From: Phycisphaerae bacterium
GTDB lineage: Bacteria; Planctomycetota; Phycisphaerae; UBA1845
DNA: 64,000 bases
NCBI GenBank assembly: GCA_963666835.2
Contig: CAXXGO010000006.1
Span: 2,304,001-2,368,000, forward strand
Reading direction: 5' to 3'
A model generated the notes under the pieces. It saw nothing but the letters and a program-made list of their open reading frames with translations, had not been told where the DNA came from and searched no databases. Positions 50,328 to 60,368 of the stretch are shown one piece after another (within the stretch, counting starts at the first letter, position 1; the number at the start of each line of letters is the position of its first letter). Position numbers and translations under genes: made by a program.

Positions 50328-50718
50328 TACCTGGCAACCTATGGGCGATCGGCCACCGGAGGCGCAATCGGCTGGTTCGATGCCACCCATCATATCCGAA
50401 ACCTGTGCGCGGTTCCGTCTCCCGGGAGTCGTTCGCCATACTCAGCTTACGAAGGGGGACAAAGAGGGCGATCGCAAGGCGAGGATCGCTCCAACGTCCC
50501 GACACGCCGGAGTCTACGGGCTTTGCGAGGAAGCGCATGGACATGCGATGCTGGTGGCATCGCCGGTCTACCCGGGAATTCCGATGCTGTCCCTTTCACG
50601 CGCGCTCGCCATCGGCGAAAATCAATACGTCAGGCGGCCCACGCGCGCCGATGAACATCATAGAGAGTACCCCGGTATAACCGGGTCTGGGTGGCGTAAA
50701 TCAAGTGATTTTGAAAGC

Positions 50719-51828
50719 ATGCAAACCGCGATGAAAAGAGCTCATTTCGGCGTCCGTTTGGTGGCTGCAGGTGTTGTGCTCGTTGGGTCGACCATTGCGA
50801 TTGGGCAAGAACCCAAGCGCGCGGCAGCCGCACGCCGGTTGACCGAGGCCGAGTTGATTGAGCGGATCGAGCGGGGAGCCGAAGCAAAGGACAATGTCTC
50901 GGCCGAGGCTCGGCTGATGTTGCACGGAATGCGGATTCACTCGGTCAACGCGCTGCTGGAGGCTTATCCTAAATCCGAGTACCGAGCCCGAGCCCTCGCG
51001 GCTAAGCTAGAAGCTCTGGCATCCCTGGCTCGCCTGCAACCGCAGTATCTCGAACAACTTCTCAAACTTACCGAGGAGATCAGCGCGGGCGATCCAAAGG
51101 AACCGCTCGCTTCCGAGAATGCCTTCTATGCCATACAGGCTTTCGTCGCCGCCGCGCGATTGGAGAAGATGCCGCAGGATCGCCGGAATTACGGCTCGAT
51201 CGAACGCTACAACGCGTTTCTTGCGGACCATCCATCCTCCGAGCACCGCCCGATTATCTGGGCCAGTCTGATTCGCTCGTTGATAGAGGTTGGTAATACG
51301 GAACGGGCTGCTGCCGAGCTGGTGAGATTCACTGCTGAGTATCCCGAGCACCCGGCCATGACCCGCGCTCGCGGAGAGGTCAACCGGGTTCGGTCCGTCG
51401 GGAAGCCATTCAAGACCCAGCTTGATGCGTTCAGCGGGGCGAAGATCGACACCGGCGATTACCTGGGCAAGGTGGTCGTCATCTACTTCCGACTGGACCG
51501 CGGCGACGCGGCCGTGGAAGACCTTGCGGTACTTCGTGCCCTTCACGAGAAGTACGCCAAGCGCGGGTTGCGTTTGGTCGGGGTTCATGTCGTCGCTGAC
51601 AAGAGTTTGTTGAACCAGTCGTTTCCTGCTACCGATGATCTGCCCTGGCCACACCATCGTGCGGAGAAAGGTCTGCAAAGCGAAGTGCTTATCCGGTTTG
51701 GGGTCAGCAGGTTCCCGGCGTATTACGTTGTGGATCGGCGCGGAGTTCTGCGCACTACCGATCCCGGTGAGGGACTTTCCGACCTGATCGAGAAACTCCT
51801 GGCCGAGCCGGCCGCCGATGCGGGGTAG
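50719..51828 (+). CDS. Exported helical/TPR-like protein with a TlpA-type thioredoxin fold lacking CxxC
   Basis: Signal peptide; GKVVVIYF; FGVSRFPAYYVVDRRG. Confidence 0.7.
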   Translation: MQTAMKRAHFGVRLVAAGVVLVGSTIAIGQEPKRAAAARRLTEAELIERIERGAEAKDNVSAEARLMLHGMRIHSVNALLEAYPKSEYRARALAAKLEALASLARLQPQYLEQLLKLTEEISAGDPKEPLASENAFYAIQAFVAAARLEKMPQDRRNYGSIERYNAFLADHPSSEHRPIIWASLIRSLIEVGNTERAAAELVRFTAEYPEHPAMTRARGEVNRVRSVGKPFKTQLDAFSGAKIDTGDYLGKVVVIYFRLDRGDAAVEDLAVLRALHEKYAKRGLRLVGVHVVADKSLLNQSFPATDDLPWPHHRAEKGLQSEVLIRFGVSRFPAYYVVDRRGVLRTTDPGEGLSDLIEKLLAEPAADAG

Positions 51829-51852
51829 ACCTCCTTTGGTCTTATTGCTCTT

Positions 51853-53430
51853 CTATTGTCTATCAAAGACGTGAATCACGCCAATCTGGGGCACGTACTC
51901 GGACCGGTCGGTTCGCCGGTGAGTGCCGGGTGACGGATTCTGAGTTCCTTCCATGCGAGGGGATACGACCACAATCCGATCGTAGGACGCCATCTGCCGA
52001 GTCAGCATATCGTCGGGGTGATCGCGTAGCAGCACCACGGGAGTGGTTTCGGCGTGTTCCAGTTGGCTAAGGTAGTACGACACGTCGTAGTACATCTGCG
52101 ATACCCAGAACGGCTGCCAGTCGATCGCGTCGAACACCAGCAGACTCGATGAGTTCAGGCGGTCTTCGATCTCCAGCGCGGCAACTCGGCTATGAGGATT
52201 TGACTGGGTGGGCAGTCGTAACGTGGCAACGACCGCGAACATCAATGCCACCATTATGGCAATGCGCGCCGGCCTGGCGAAAGCCGAACCGGCCAGGACC
52301 AGCATGCCGACCAGCCCGGGTGCCAATACAGAGGCATATCTAATGTGCTGCAGCGTTCCCCGAAGCGTTGCTAGATCCAGGGCAATCAACCCCGCCAGGC
52401 CGACGAGATACCATGCGGCGAAGATGGAAGTTCCTGCTACGCGTTGCCGACAGAGAATCCCCAACGTGCCGGTTAGAAGAACCGCGCCGGCAAGCGATCG
52501 GGTGACGCTGACGCTGAACGGCTCGTGCATCAGCAAGAGTCGGATCGGCAGGTCGGCTGCGCGCAGCAACGTCCGCCACACGTGGTCGGGCTGCCCGTCC
52601 AGCAACCACGTGTGCGCCGACGTCAACGCAAGCTGGGCACCGATCGAGCTTCCCCAGGTGATAGCATACACCGCGGCGGCTGCGACGGTTGCCACGCACC
52701 ACGTGCGCAAGACCGGCCCACGAACGCGCCAGGCAACGTAGACCGCCTGGCCAACCAACGGCAGCACGGTGAAGTAATGAGTGAGCAGGGCAAGGTAACA
52801 CGCCAGACCGTGGACGGTTGCCCAGATAACTCGTCGGCGCGGGTCATAAACAGGACCGCAATGGTTCATTCTCACGACGGACCAGAAGCTGATTCCCACC
52901 AGCAGCATACCGAGGCTGTAGGGTCGACACTGCTGCGCCATGTGAATGTGCGAGAAGCTGACGGCCAACACCGCCGCCGCCGCGATGCCGGCGCCTTTGT
53001 GACCGTACGTCTGCAACATTAGCGCGATGGGCAGGACGGACAGGATCGAGAACAACGCCGCAGGGAGTCTGGTTAGAAACTCTGTGTCCCCCGCGATCCT
53101 CCGCCAGCCCTGATGGAGCATGAAGAACAACGGGGGGTGGCTGTCATCGCGCATACCGCGCCAGACGTCCGCCGCTCCGGTGCCCGGCGACAGGTCCGTG
53201 AAACGTGTTACCGCGGGGAGAATGACGCCGTGGGGGAGAGCTTCGGCAGCGGCGCGTTTGGCGGCCGTGGCGGTCAGCGTGTGGATCTCGTCCAGCCAGA
53301 GATCTTCATCGCCAAGCCCGTATAGACGAACGCCCACGGCCAAGAGCAGGACGGCCACTATCGCCAGGGTCGCGTGAAGACGCTCATCGTGGCGGTCCGG
53401 GGCAGATAGGGCGGGGCGAGGTTCAGACAT
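51853..53430 (-). CDS. GT-C glycosyltransferase (family 39/83, PMT/ArnT-like)
   Basis: LWLDE, HPPLFF, RLPAA, RPYSL, THYF; many TM helices. Confidence 0.85.
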   Translation of the reverse strand: MSEPRPALSAPDRHDERLHATLAIVAVLLLAVGVRLYGLGDEDLWLDEIHTLTATAAKRAAAEALPHGVILPAVTRFTDLSPGTGAADVWRGMRDDSHPPLFFMLHQGWRRIAGDTEFLTRLPAALFSILSVLPIALMLQTYGHKGAGIAAAAVLAVSFSHIHMAQQCRPYSLGMLLVGISFWSVVRMNHCGPVYDPRRRVIWATVHGLACYLALLTHYFTVLPLVGQAVYVAWRVRGPVLRTWCVATVAAAAVYAITWGSSIGAQLALTSAHTWLLDGQPDHVWRTLLRAADLPIRLLLMHEPFSVSVTRSLAGAVLLTGTLGILCRQRVAGTSIFAAWYLVGLAGLIALDLATLRGTLQHIRYASVLAPGLVGMLVLAGSAFARPARIAIMVALMFAVVATLRLPTQSNPHSRVAALEIEDRLNSSSLLVFDAIDWQPFWVSQMYYDVSYYLSQLEHAETTPVVLLRDHPDDMLTRQMASYDRIVVVSPRMEGTQNPSPGTHRRTDRSEYVPQIGVIHVFDRQ

Positions 53431-53552
53431 GTCGCGTACTCGATGACTGCATTGATCGGCTGGCCCGTCGGGGGATTGCGAGGGATGGCGAGTCCGTCCG
53501 ATCAGATGTTCCATGCTCCTTGCGCGGAAGAGAAGGGGGGAGAATGCGCGGA

Positions 53553-54179
53553 TCACGGAACATCATCTTTGCCGATACTCCCGTCGGAACCATCGTGTAG
53601 TAAGCTCTCCAGCAACTCCGTCAGTCGCTTGTGCAGTTGGTCATCACTGGTGACAACGTGATCTGCCCGGCTACGCTTCGTCGCAATAGGCATCTGCGTG
53701 GCCTCTCGGCGGGCCAGCTCTTGTTCGTCCCACCCCCGTGGACGCACTCGCGCGAGCCGGGTGGCAAGATCCGCGTCAAGAAAGACGACGCAGTCGCACA
53801 CCGCATCCAAACCGGCCTCGAGGAGCATCGGGGCGTCAATGGCCAGAGCGCACCCTGCATTGCGCGCCGTGGCAATGCTGAGTTGGCGTTCGACCGCCGC
53901 CAGGACCCTTGGCCAGAGCAACCCTTCCAGCCGCCCAAGGAGCCGAGGGTCTCCAAACACCTGTTTGGCCAACGTCTTGCGGTCAACTTGGCCGTTTACG
54001 ACGGTTCCCGGCCACCATTGCCCGATCATCTCAACGACTGCGGCCGTCGCCAGCTCTTGATGCACGATGGCGTCGGCATCGATAACTTCCACGCCGAGGT
54101 CCCGGAGGATTCCGGCGGCCGTTGACTTCCCGGCGCCGATTCCGCCGACCAGACCGATGATGGGCTTCTTACGAGTCAC
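53553..54179 (-). CDS. coaE: Dephospho-CoA kinase
   Basis: IGLVGGIGAGKST, IDAD, VDRK.L, DAPMLLE. Confidence 0.93.
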   Translation of the reverse strand: MTRKKPIIGLVGGIGAGKSTAAGILRDLGVEVIDADAIVHQELATAAVVEMIGQWWPGTVVNGQVDRKTLAKQVFGDPRLLGRLEGLLWPRVLAAVERQLSIATARNAGCALAIDAPMLLEAGLDAVCDCVVFLDADLATRLARVRPRGWDEQELARREATQMPIATKRSRADHVVTSDDQLHKRLTELLESLLHDGSDGSIGKDDVP

Positions 54180-54774
54180 CCGACAGCACTCCAATCTCGC
54201 GGTTCAGATTACTCCGGGCTCTTTTCTCGAAGCGCTCGTGCAGCAGCGGAGTCCGGAAGATCGAATCACGGCTGAGAAACCTGCGCAACACCGCCAGCCG
54301 CCCGGCTCGATACTCGTCATCCCCCACGAAGTGGAACTCCTCGCGGATCTGGCTCGCGTACTCGTCGTATCGGCTCGGCACACTACCGAGGATCGCCAGA
54401 TCAACATCGACTATCAGGCGTTCGTCGCCCTCCACATCTTCGCGGTTGTGCTCGGTGGCTATGATCATCCGTTTTACCGGTTCAGCCAAGGGCTCCTCGC
54501 CGAGCTCCTTTAGCATCATACCGGCCATCTGGGCGCTTCGCCGCTCACAATCCCCTTGGGTGGGATGGTAGACAATGTCGTGCAGCCAGATGGCAAACTC
54601 CAGCGCTCGAGGCGATCGGGCTGATTCGGCGATTTCGTCGAAGAGGGCGAGGCACTCGCCGATATGACGGAGATTGTGGTGCCCAGGCCGGTCATACAAT
54701 CGGTGGATTCGCACGAAGCATCCTCTGGCGATTTCGTCGCTCCGACCGCAGAGCCTGAGCCATCTATCTTCCAT
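54169..54774 (-). CDS. HD-superfamily metal-dependent phosphohydrolase (COG4339-like)
   Basis: HNLRHI, WLHDIVY, ATEH, DVDLAILG, IREE. Confidence 0.8.
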   Translation of the reverse strand: MEDRWLRLCGRSDEIARGCFVRIHRLYDRPGHHNLRHIGECLALFDEIAESARSPRALEFAIWLHDIVYHPTQGDCERRSAQMAGMMLKELGEEPLAEPVKRMIIATEHNREDVEGDERLIVDVDLAILGSVPSRYDEYASQIREEFHFVGDDEYRAGRLAVLRRFLSRDSIFRTPLLHERFEKRARSNLNREIGVLSGDS

Positions 54775-55291
54775 GATGCTCCACCAAATACTCGAAGACA
54801 CACCCAGGCAGATACCGGCTAACGACCTCAGGCCATCCCTTGGGGCCTATCATCCCCTTGACCACGCTCGAGCTGACCTCGCAGAGTTCGCGCGGCGGCA
54901 TTAGAAAGACCGTGCCGATTCCCGCGTGCAGGTCGGCGTTTATATGCCTCATCGTTCGCTCGTAAGTGTAATCCGTTTCATTCCGAATGCCGCGCAACAT
55001 CACGGACCCGCCGATGGACTCAGTATACTGGGCCAAAAAGAGATTCTCGAACGTGTCGACTCGGACTTCGGGAGTTCGTCCGGCACCGTTCGACAGCTCG
55101 GCAACCACGTCCTCGACAATCTTGCCGAGCCATTCAACGCGCTGTTCAACCGGAAAGGTGCATCGCTTCTCTGCGTTCAACCCCACCGAGACCACGAGTC
55201 GGTTGAACAGCTTAGCCCCTTCACGGATCATCCAGATGTGCCCGTTAGTGGGCGGGTCGAAACTTCCGGCATACACCGCCAGTCCGGACAT
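54764..55291 (-). CDS. coaD: Pantetheine-phosphate adenylyltransferase
   Basis: AVYAGSFDPPTNGH, RGIR..D..YE, VSSSVVK; AGGAG RBS. Confidence 0.95.
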   Translation of the reverse strand: MSGLAVYAGSFDPPTNGHIWMIREGAKLFNRLVVSVGLNAEKRCTFPVEQRVEWLGKIVEDVVAELSNGAGRTPEVRVDTFENLFLAQYTESIGGSVMLRGIRNETDYTYERTMRHINADLHAGIGTVFLMPPRELCEVSSSVVKGMIGPKGWPEVVSRYLPGCVFEYLVEHHGR

Positions 55292-55633
55292 CGCTATGCT
55301 CCTGCTCCGCGTCCGTCTAAGGCCAAGAATCAAACTCCGATGAGGCCGAATCGCCTTCAACGCAATCCAGCATACCGCCTGCCGATCAGCTTCGGAAGCG
55401 CCGGGTGTCGGGTGCCGGGTGCCATGGCCCACGCTTGCGTGGCCATGAAGGTCTGCGATTTCCGCTACGCGCAATGGTTCTGATCCTGGCAGGCAACCGT
55501 GCCGTAATCCGTCCCGAGGGGACGTAAGCACGTAGCTACGGGTGGAGTGCAACGGAACCTGTGGGTAGGGTCCGCCGCCGCAGGCCTCCCATCCCCTTGT
55601 CGCCGGCGCCGAATCCATCTAAGCTCGCCGTTG

Positions 55634-57163
55634 ATGTTACGGCGTCGAAAGATACTCGTTGCGGTGTGCGTTGCGCTCATTCCAGGGTCGATTGCCGCGG
55701 CGCTGGGGTTTGCTCTGCACCTGCGCAGCGCTTCCTATCGAGAGTCTCTGGCCGCGAGGCTCAGCGAGCGACTGGGCATGTCGGTGGAGATCGGTCGCAT
55801 CCGCCCGCTTTCGCTGCAGAGTAAGGCCTTGGAACGCGTTTCCGTGTCGTTGGGCAACGGAGGCGATCAAGTCTTCGCCGGTAATCGTGTGGTCTGGAGT
55901 ACGATGGAGGGGCGAGGCTCCCGGCGGTACGTCCTCGACCTGGCCGACGGCTGGCTGAAGGTCGGTAGCCGGGCTTGGACCGCGATTGAGTACCAACGTC
56001 TGCTGTCCGGCGGGTTCCGACACGATTTCGTGACGATGGGCCTTGCGGAGGTCCGTCTCAAAGATATCGATCTGCGTTTCACGCATCCCTCCATGGACTT
56101 TCGGGCGGGCGGGAGCTCCGGGCTCGTTCTGTTCGAAGAGGACGGCACCGGACAGGCCGCGCTCAACTGCACCCGTCTCAACGGTGTACAAGTTGCTGAA
56201 CCGATCAACATCGCGGCACGTTTCATTCCCGGCGAGCAATGGAAGATGCAGGAGATCCGTCTTGCGGTGCCGACCATCGCGGTCGGGGCTCTCGGGATTG
56301 AGAACCTCCTGCGCCACGAGGTCTCTTCCGGCGAGTTCGCCGGATCGGTGGTCTGCCGCGAGACGCCCGGCGGAACCGTGCTGAGCGTTGAGGGGGCCTT
56401 GCTCGGGGCGAAACTCGACGATTTTACCACCCAACTGCCCGGCGGTCCGTACCATGGAACGCTTGACATTGATGTGGACGAGGCCGTGATTGCCCGACGC
56501 GCGCTTCGGAAACTGGATGCCCACGGTCGGCTCTCCGGGGTGCGTCTCGACCAGGTTCTACCGCGGCTGGCCCGGGCGGCAACTGCCGCTCCGTTGACCG
56601 TGCAGGTGGATCAGGTGCGCGTGCTGGACGGCCGCCTGGCGTATCTCAGCGCCCGGGCCCAGTGCAACGATGTTCCCACGGAAGCGCTATCGACGTTACT
56701 GGGGCACGGGACGATTACCGGTTCCGCCCGACTCAACGTGGCATCGTTGACGGTCGTCGACGAGGTTCTACGTTACGCCGACGTCACAATTGCGGTTGTA
56801 CCCCCGCCCGATGCTCCGGGGCTGATCGATCGCCAGCTAATCGGCAAAGCCGCCCAGGCGTGGCTGGGCATGGACGTGGCCGCGGCCTTCCCTGAGCAGG
56901 TTGAATACACTCAGCTCGGTGTACGTTTGGTTCTTGACGAAGGTGAGCTGGAGGTGCTCGGAACGCACGGGTTGCAGGGGCGGGCGATACTCACGATCAA
57001 GCTCCTCGGCCGCGAATGGGAGGCCGTTTCGCAGCCCGATCAGACATTTGAGGTGCCGGACCTGCTGGCCCTGCTACGTAGCCGAGCGGAGGATCTGGAG
57101 TTAGAGGAGGTTCGCTCGTGGTGGGAGTGGCTGCACGCCGAGGATTCGTCCACCCCCGAATAA
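55634..57163 (+). CDS. Hypothetical membrane-anchored beta-rich protein (possibly AsmA-like)
   Basis: N-terminal TM followed by alternating beta-strand pattern; no diagnostic motif. Confidence 0.5.
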   Translation: MLRRRKILVAVCVALIPGSIAAALGFALHLRSASYRESLAARLSERLGMSVEIGRIRPLSLQSKALERVSVSLGNGGDQVFAGNRVVWSTMEGRGSRRYVLDLADGWLKVGSRAWTAIEYQRLLSGGFRHDFVTMGLAEVRLKDIDLRFTHPSMDFRAGGSSGLVLFEEDGTGQAALNCTRLNGVQVAEPINIAARFIPGEQWKMQEIRLAVPTIAVGALGIENLLRHEVSSGEFAGSVVCRETPGGTVLSVEGALLGAKLDDFTTQLPGGPYHGTLDIDVDEAVIARRALRKLDAHGRLSGVRLDQVLPRLARAATAAPLTVQVDQVRVLDGRLAYLSARAQCNDVPTEALSTLLGHGTITGSARLNVASLTVVDEVLRYADVTIAVVPPPDAPGLIDRQLIGKAAQAWLGMDVAAAFPEQVEYTQLGVRLVLDEGELEVLGTHGLQGRAILTIKLLGREWEAVSQPDQTFEVPDLLALLRSRAEDLELEEVRSWWEWLHAEDSSTPE

Positions 57164-57497
57164 CGAGCTATCCAGCTCCAGGGTTTCTCATTCGATTGTC
57201 GCCCGCACGCGCGCCGGACCGCCACTTTGGGCTGGATAATCCGCCCCACGGAAATTCCCTTATATTGAACGCGACATCCTTCCGTGAATGGCCGATAAAC
57301 ACGACGCCAAGATGTATCGGTGAAGGGTAGGTAGGTGGAACGGGAGTATCCGAATCGGAGGACGCCTAAGTCTCCGATTGTGATGCGGCCGGTGGATACC
57401 GCCTTCCGATCGAAGGTGGCCTCCCCGTCGTCCCTCTTTCACTGCTACGAACCTGCACCGCGGTCGGTCATAACCTCCATACCACGAAAGCGCGAAG

Positions 57498-58982
57498 ATG
57501 GAATCACAAGGTGATTCGGTCAGGAGAGCCCTACGGTGGGCGGAGTGGTGCGGTGGCGTTACGGCTGTGCTGTTCACCGTGCTGGGCAACCCGATGGAAT
57601 GGGGGGGCGTCGTTCTGATTCTCTGCAGCGGCGTTGCATTTGTGGGGATGTGCCGGGCTCTGCGCAGTCGCATCGATGCAAAGGCCATCGCGGAACGCTC
57701 CAACCAGATGTTGGTCGATGCGCTCCGCGAGGCGTTGCGGGTGGAGCAGTGTCTGGTAGAGGACCTGAAGGAGGCCCGAGCCGAAGCGGAGCAGGTTGCC
57801 CGATTCAAAGACGAGTTCCTGGCCAACATGAGCCATGAAATCCGCACGCCGATGACTGCTATCCTCGGTTTCTCCGAAGCCCTGCTCGACCCCACCTCGT
57901 CCGACCTCGAGAGGTTGGAGGCCAGCAGGACGATCCATCGCAACGGGCGGCATTTGCTGACGCTGGTTAACGATATTCTCGACCTCTCCAAGATCGAGGC
58001 GGGGCGATTGGAGATCGAACGGACGATATGCTACCCGCGGCGGATCCTCCGCGACGTGCGCGACCTGTTAGGACCGCGCGCCGACCGGAAGAACCTCACG
58101 CTCGCCGTGGAACTGGCGACGCCCATACCGGAGTACATCCAGAGCGACCCGGTGCGGATCAGGCAGGCCTTGGTCAACTTGACGTCCAACGCCGTGAAGT
58201 TTACCGAGTGCGGCACAGTGCGTGTTGTCGCCCAAAGCGACCCCGCCAGGGAGACGCTTACCTTCAGGGTAATTGACGAGGGAATCGGTCTGTCATCCGA
58301 ACAGATCAGCCGTCTCTTTCAGCCGTTCGTTCAAGCGGACGCAGCTACCGCGCGAAAGCACGGCGGCACCGGACTCGGGCTCGCAATTACGAAACGCCTT
58401 GCCGAACTCCTCGGCGGGGGCGTGACCGTAGAGAGCGAGCCGGGCAAAGGTAGTGTGTTTGTTATGACCATTTCAACCGGTCCGCTGGACGGGGTCGAGA
58501 TGATCGACAGGATCGAGGACCGGCACATGTCGGTCGGGTCCTCGGAAGATCGCGATCCTCTGCCGGCTCTGGTGGGGCGCGTGCTCCTCGTCGAAGATAG
58601 CTGCGATATTCAACGGCTTATCGCCCTGGTGCTGCGAAAGGCCGGAGCGGAAGTGACCGTCGTCGAGAATGGGAAGCTCGGGGTCGACGCGGCTCTGGCG
58701 GCGCGCGCGGACGAGTGCCCGTTTGATGTCATTCTCATGGACATGCAGATGCCGGTTATGGACGGCTACACGGCCGCGCGGGCGTTACGCGAAAACGAAT
58801 ACGAGGGTCAGATCATCGCGTTAACGGCTCGCGCCATGAAAGGTGAGTGCGAAGAATGCCTGGCGGCCGGTTGTGACCATTACCTGTCAAAGCCGATTGA
58901 CCGCAAACTCCTGGTTCGCGAGATCGCAGCCCGGTTGGGACGAGTGTCGACGAACACGCCGAGTTCGTGCTGTCTCCAATAA
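57498..58982 (+). CDS. Hybrid sensor histidine kinase/response regulator
   Basis: ANMSHEIRTPM, NAVKFT, DEGIG, GGTGLGL, receiver ILMDMQMPVMDG. Confidence 0.95.
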   Translation: MESQGDSVRRALRWAEWCGGVTAVLFTVLGNPMEWGGVVLILCSGVAFVGMCRALRSRIDAKAIAERSNQMLVDALREALRVEQCLVEDLKEARAEAEQVARFKDEFLANMSHEIRTPMTAILGFSEALLDPTSSDLERLEASRTIHRNGRHLLTLVNDILDLSKIEAGRLEIERTICYPRRILRDVRDLLGPRADRKNLTLAVELATPIPEYIQSDPVRIRQALVNLTSNAVKFTECGTVRVVAQSDPARETLTFRVIDEGIGLSSEQISRLFQPFVQADAATARKHGGTGLGLAITKRLAELLGGGVTVESEPGKGSVFVMTISTGPLDGVEMIDRIEDRHMSVGSSEDRDPLPALVGRVLLVEDSCDIQRLIALVLRKAGAEVTVVENGKLGVDAALAARADECPFDVILMDMQMPVMDGYTAARALRENEYEGQIIALTARAMKGECEECLAAGCDHYLSKPIDRKLLVREIAARLGRVSTNTPSSCCLQ

Positions 58983-59115
58983 GCCGAAAAGGAAAGGGAT
59001 GGTCCCCCAGCCACCCCGAGAATCGTCCTTCTCCCGCTGCGTCCCCCACGTTGTTCTACACATCGTTCGACGCATCCACCAACTGTAACCGTTCGACTTT
59101 CGATCTCGATTATCC

Positions 59116-59420
59116 AGCCCGAAGGGCTCAAATGAAGTAGCCGGGGGCAAGTCCGCCATCGGCGGACGCCGCCCCCGGACGCGCTCCCCGCAACCAGTCT
59201 GACCCTGAAAGGGTCAAGTGCCTTCGGCGAATGTGCTTTGCGAGGCCGCCACGCCTTTCGACGCATTTTGAAACAGCCCGGGTAGCTGAAACAAACGCGC
59301 GGTTCATAGACGCCGTCTCTTTCACCCTGTCAGGGTGATTGGGATTGTTGGGACCCCACCCGGGGGCGGCGGCCGCTACGCGGCCTTGCCCCCGGCTACT
59401 GTCTTACAGGCTTTCAGCCT
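59116..59420. mobile_element. MITE/REP-like composite inverted-repeat element
   Basis: gtagccgggggcaag (59137) / cttgcccccggctac (59385) perfect 15-bp IR, nested 12-bp IR, short terminal hairpins. Confidence 0.65.
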
Positions 59421-59681
59421 GAAGAATGAGCCGGCCTGCAGCTTGCCAGGCTGGGGAATGCGTCGCCGCGCAGTCGGACGACTACGCTCGTCTTGCCCGG
59501 CAAAGATTTATAGCCGGGTGCCCCATCCATCCCGGCGTTTGCCGGACTGGAACAGCAGCGCCGACTCGCCGCCGGGATGGGTGGGGAAGGGACAATAACC
59601 CGAGGGGGATTCGCATTTCGCAGTCGACTTCCCACCCTTTGTCTGAGGCCTGAACCGTGTGCCGTCCCTTTGCCCCCTTGC

Positions 59682-60338
59682 TTAATCCGACGGCAACCCG
59701 CTCAGGCTCTCGTTCGAGCCCACGAGAACCAGGATGTCATCAGCCAGAATGGCCGTGTTGGCGGCGGGGACGATGATCGTCGGTTTCTCGTCCGTGCGCC
59801 GCTCAATCGCGATCAGGTTGACCCCGTATTCGTTCCGCAGATCGAGCTGTTTGAGCGTTTTATCGTGGAACCGGCTGGGGGCGGACGCGTAGATCATGCT
59901 GTGCTCGTCGCCGAGTTCAATATACCTCGTCAGGTTCGGCAGCATCAGACGATGAGCCCATCTGAACGCAGACTCTCGTTCGGGGAGCGCAACTTCGTCG
60001 GCACCGACCCGTGTGAGGATCTTGGCCTGGATGTCGGTCTGGGCGCGGGCGATGATTCTCCGCACACCGAGTTCCTTCAGTGTGGCCACCGTCAACGCGG
60101 CATCTTCGAAATCCTCGCCGATGCCGGCGATGGCGACGTCGACATCCGCGATTCCGTGCATCTTGAGAGCTTCGCTGTCGGTACTATCGAGGCGCACGGC
60201 CAGAGTCACTTCGTCGCGAATCTGTTCTACGAGCTGCGCATCGCGATCTATGGCGATTACTTCGGCGTCGGCCGCAGTGAGCGCCCTTGCGAGACGTTGG
60301 CCGAATCTGCCCAACCCTATTACGGCAAATCGCTGCAT
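59682..60338 (-). CDS. ktrA: Ktr/Trk K+ uptake regulatory subunit (RCK)
   Basis: FAVIGLGRFG, IIARA, GAD.V..PE, LDLR..YGVN. Confidence 0.88.
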   Translation of the reverse strand: MQRFAVIGLGRFGQRLARALTAADAEVIAIDRDAQLVEQIRDEVTLAVRLDSTDSEALKMHGIADVDVAIAGIGEDFEDAALTVATLKELGVRRIIARAQTDIQAKILTRVGADEVALPERESAFRWAHRLMLPNLTRYIELGDEHSMIYASAPSRFHDKTLKQLDLRNEYGVNLIAIERRTDEKPTIIVPAANTAILADDILVLVGSNESLSGLPSD

Positions 60339-60368
60339 GATAGTATCACCTAATCAGAGCGTCCGCTT

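Noticed and set aside
57330..57420. c-di-GMP-I riboswitch
   Set aside because: Only a fragmentary GGACGC resemblance; the GAAA tetraloop and GCAAA elements are missing.
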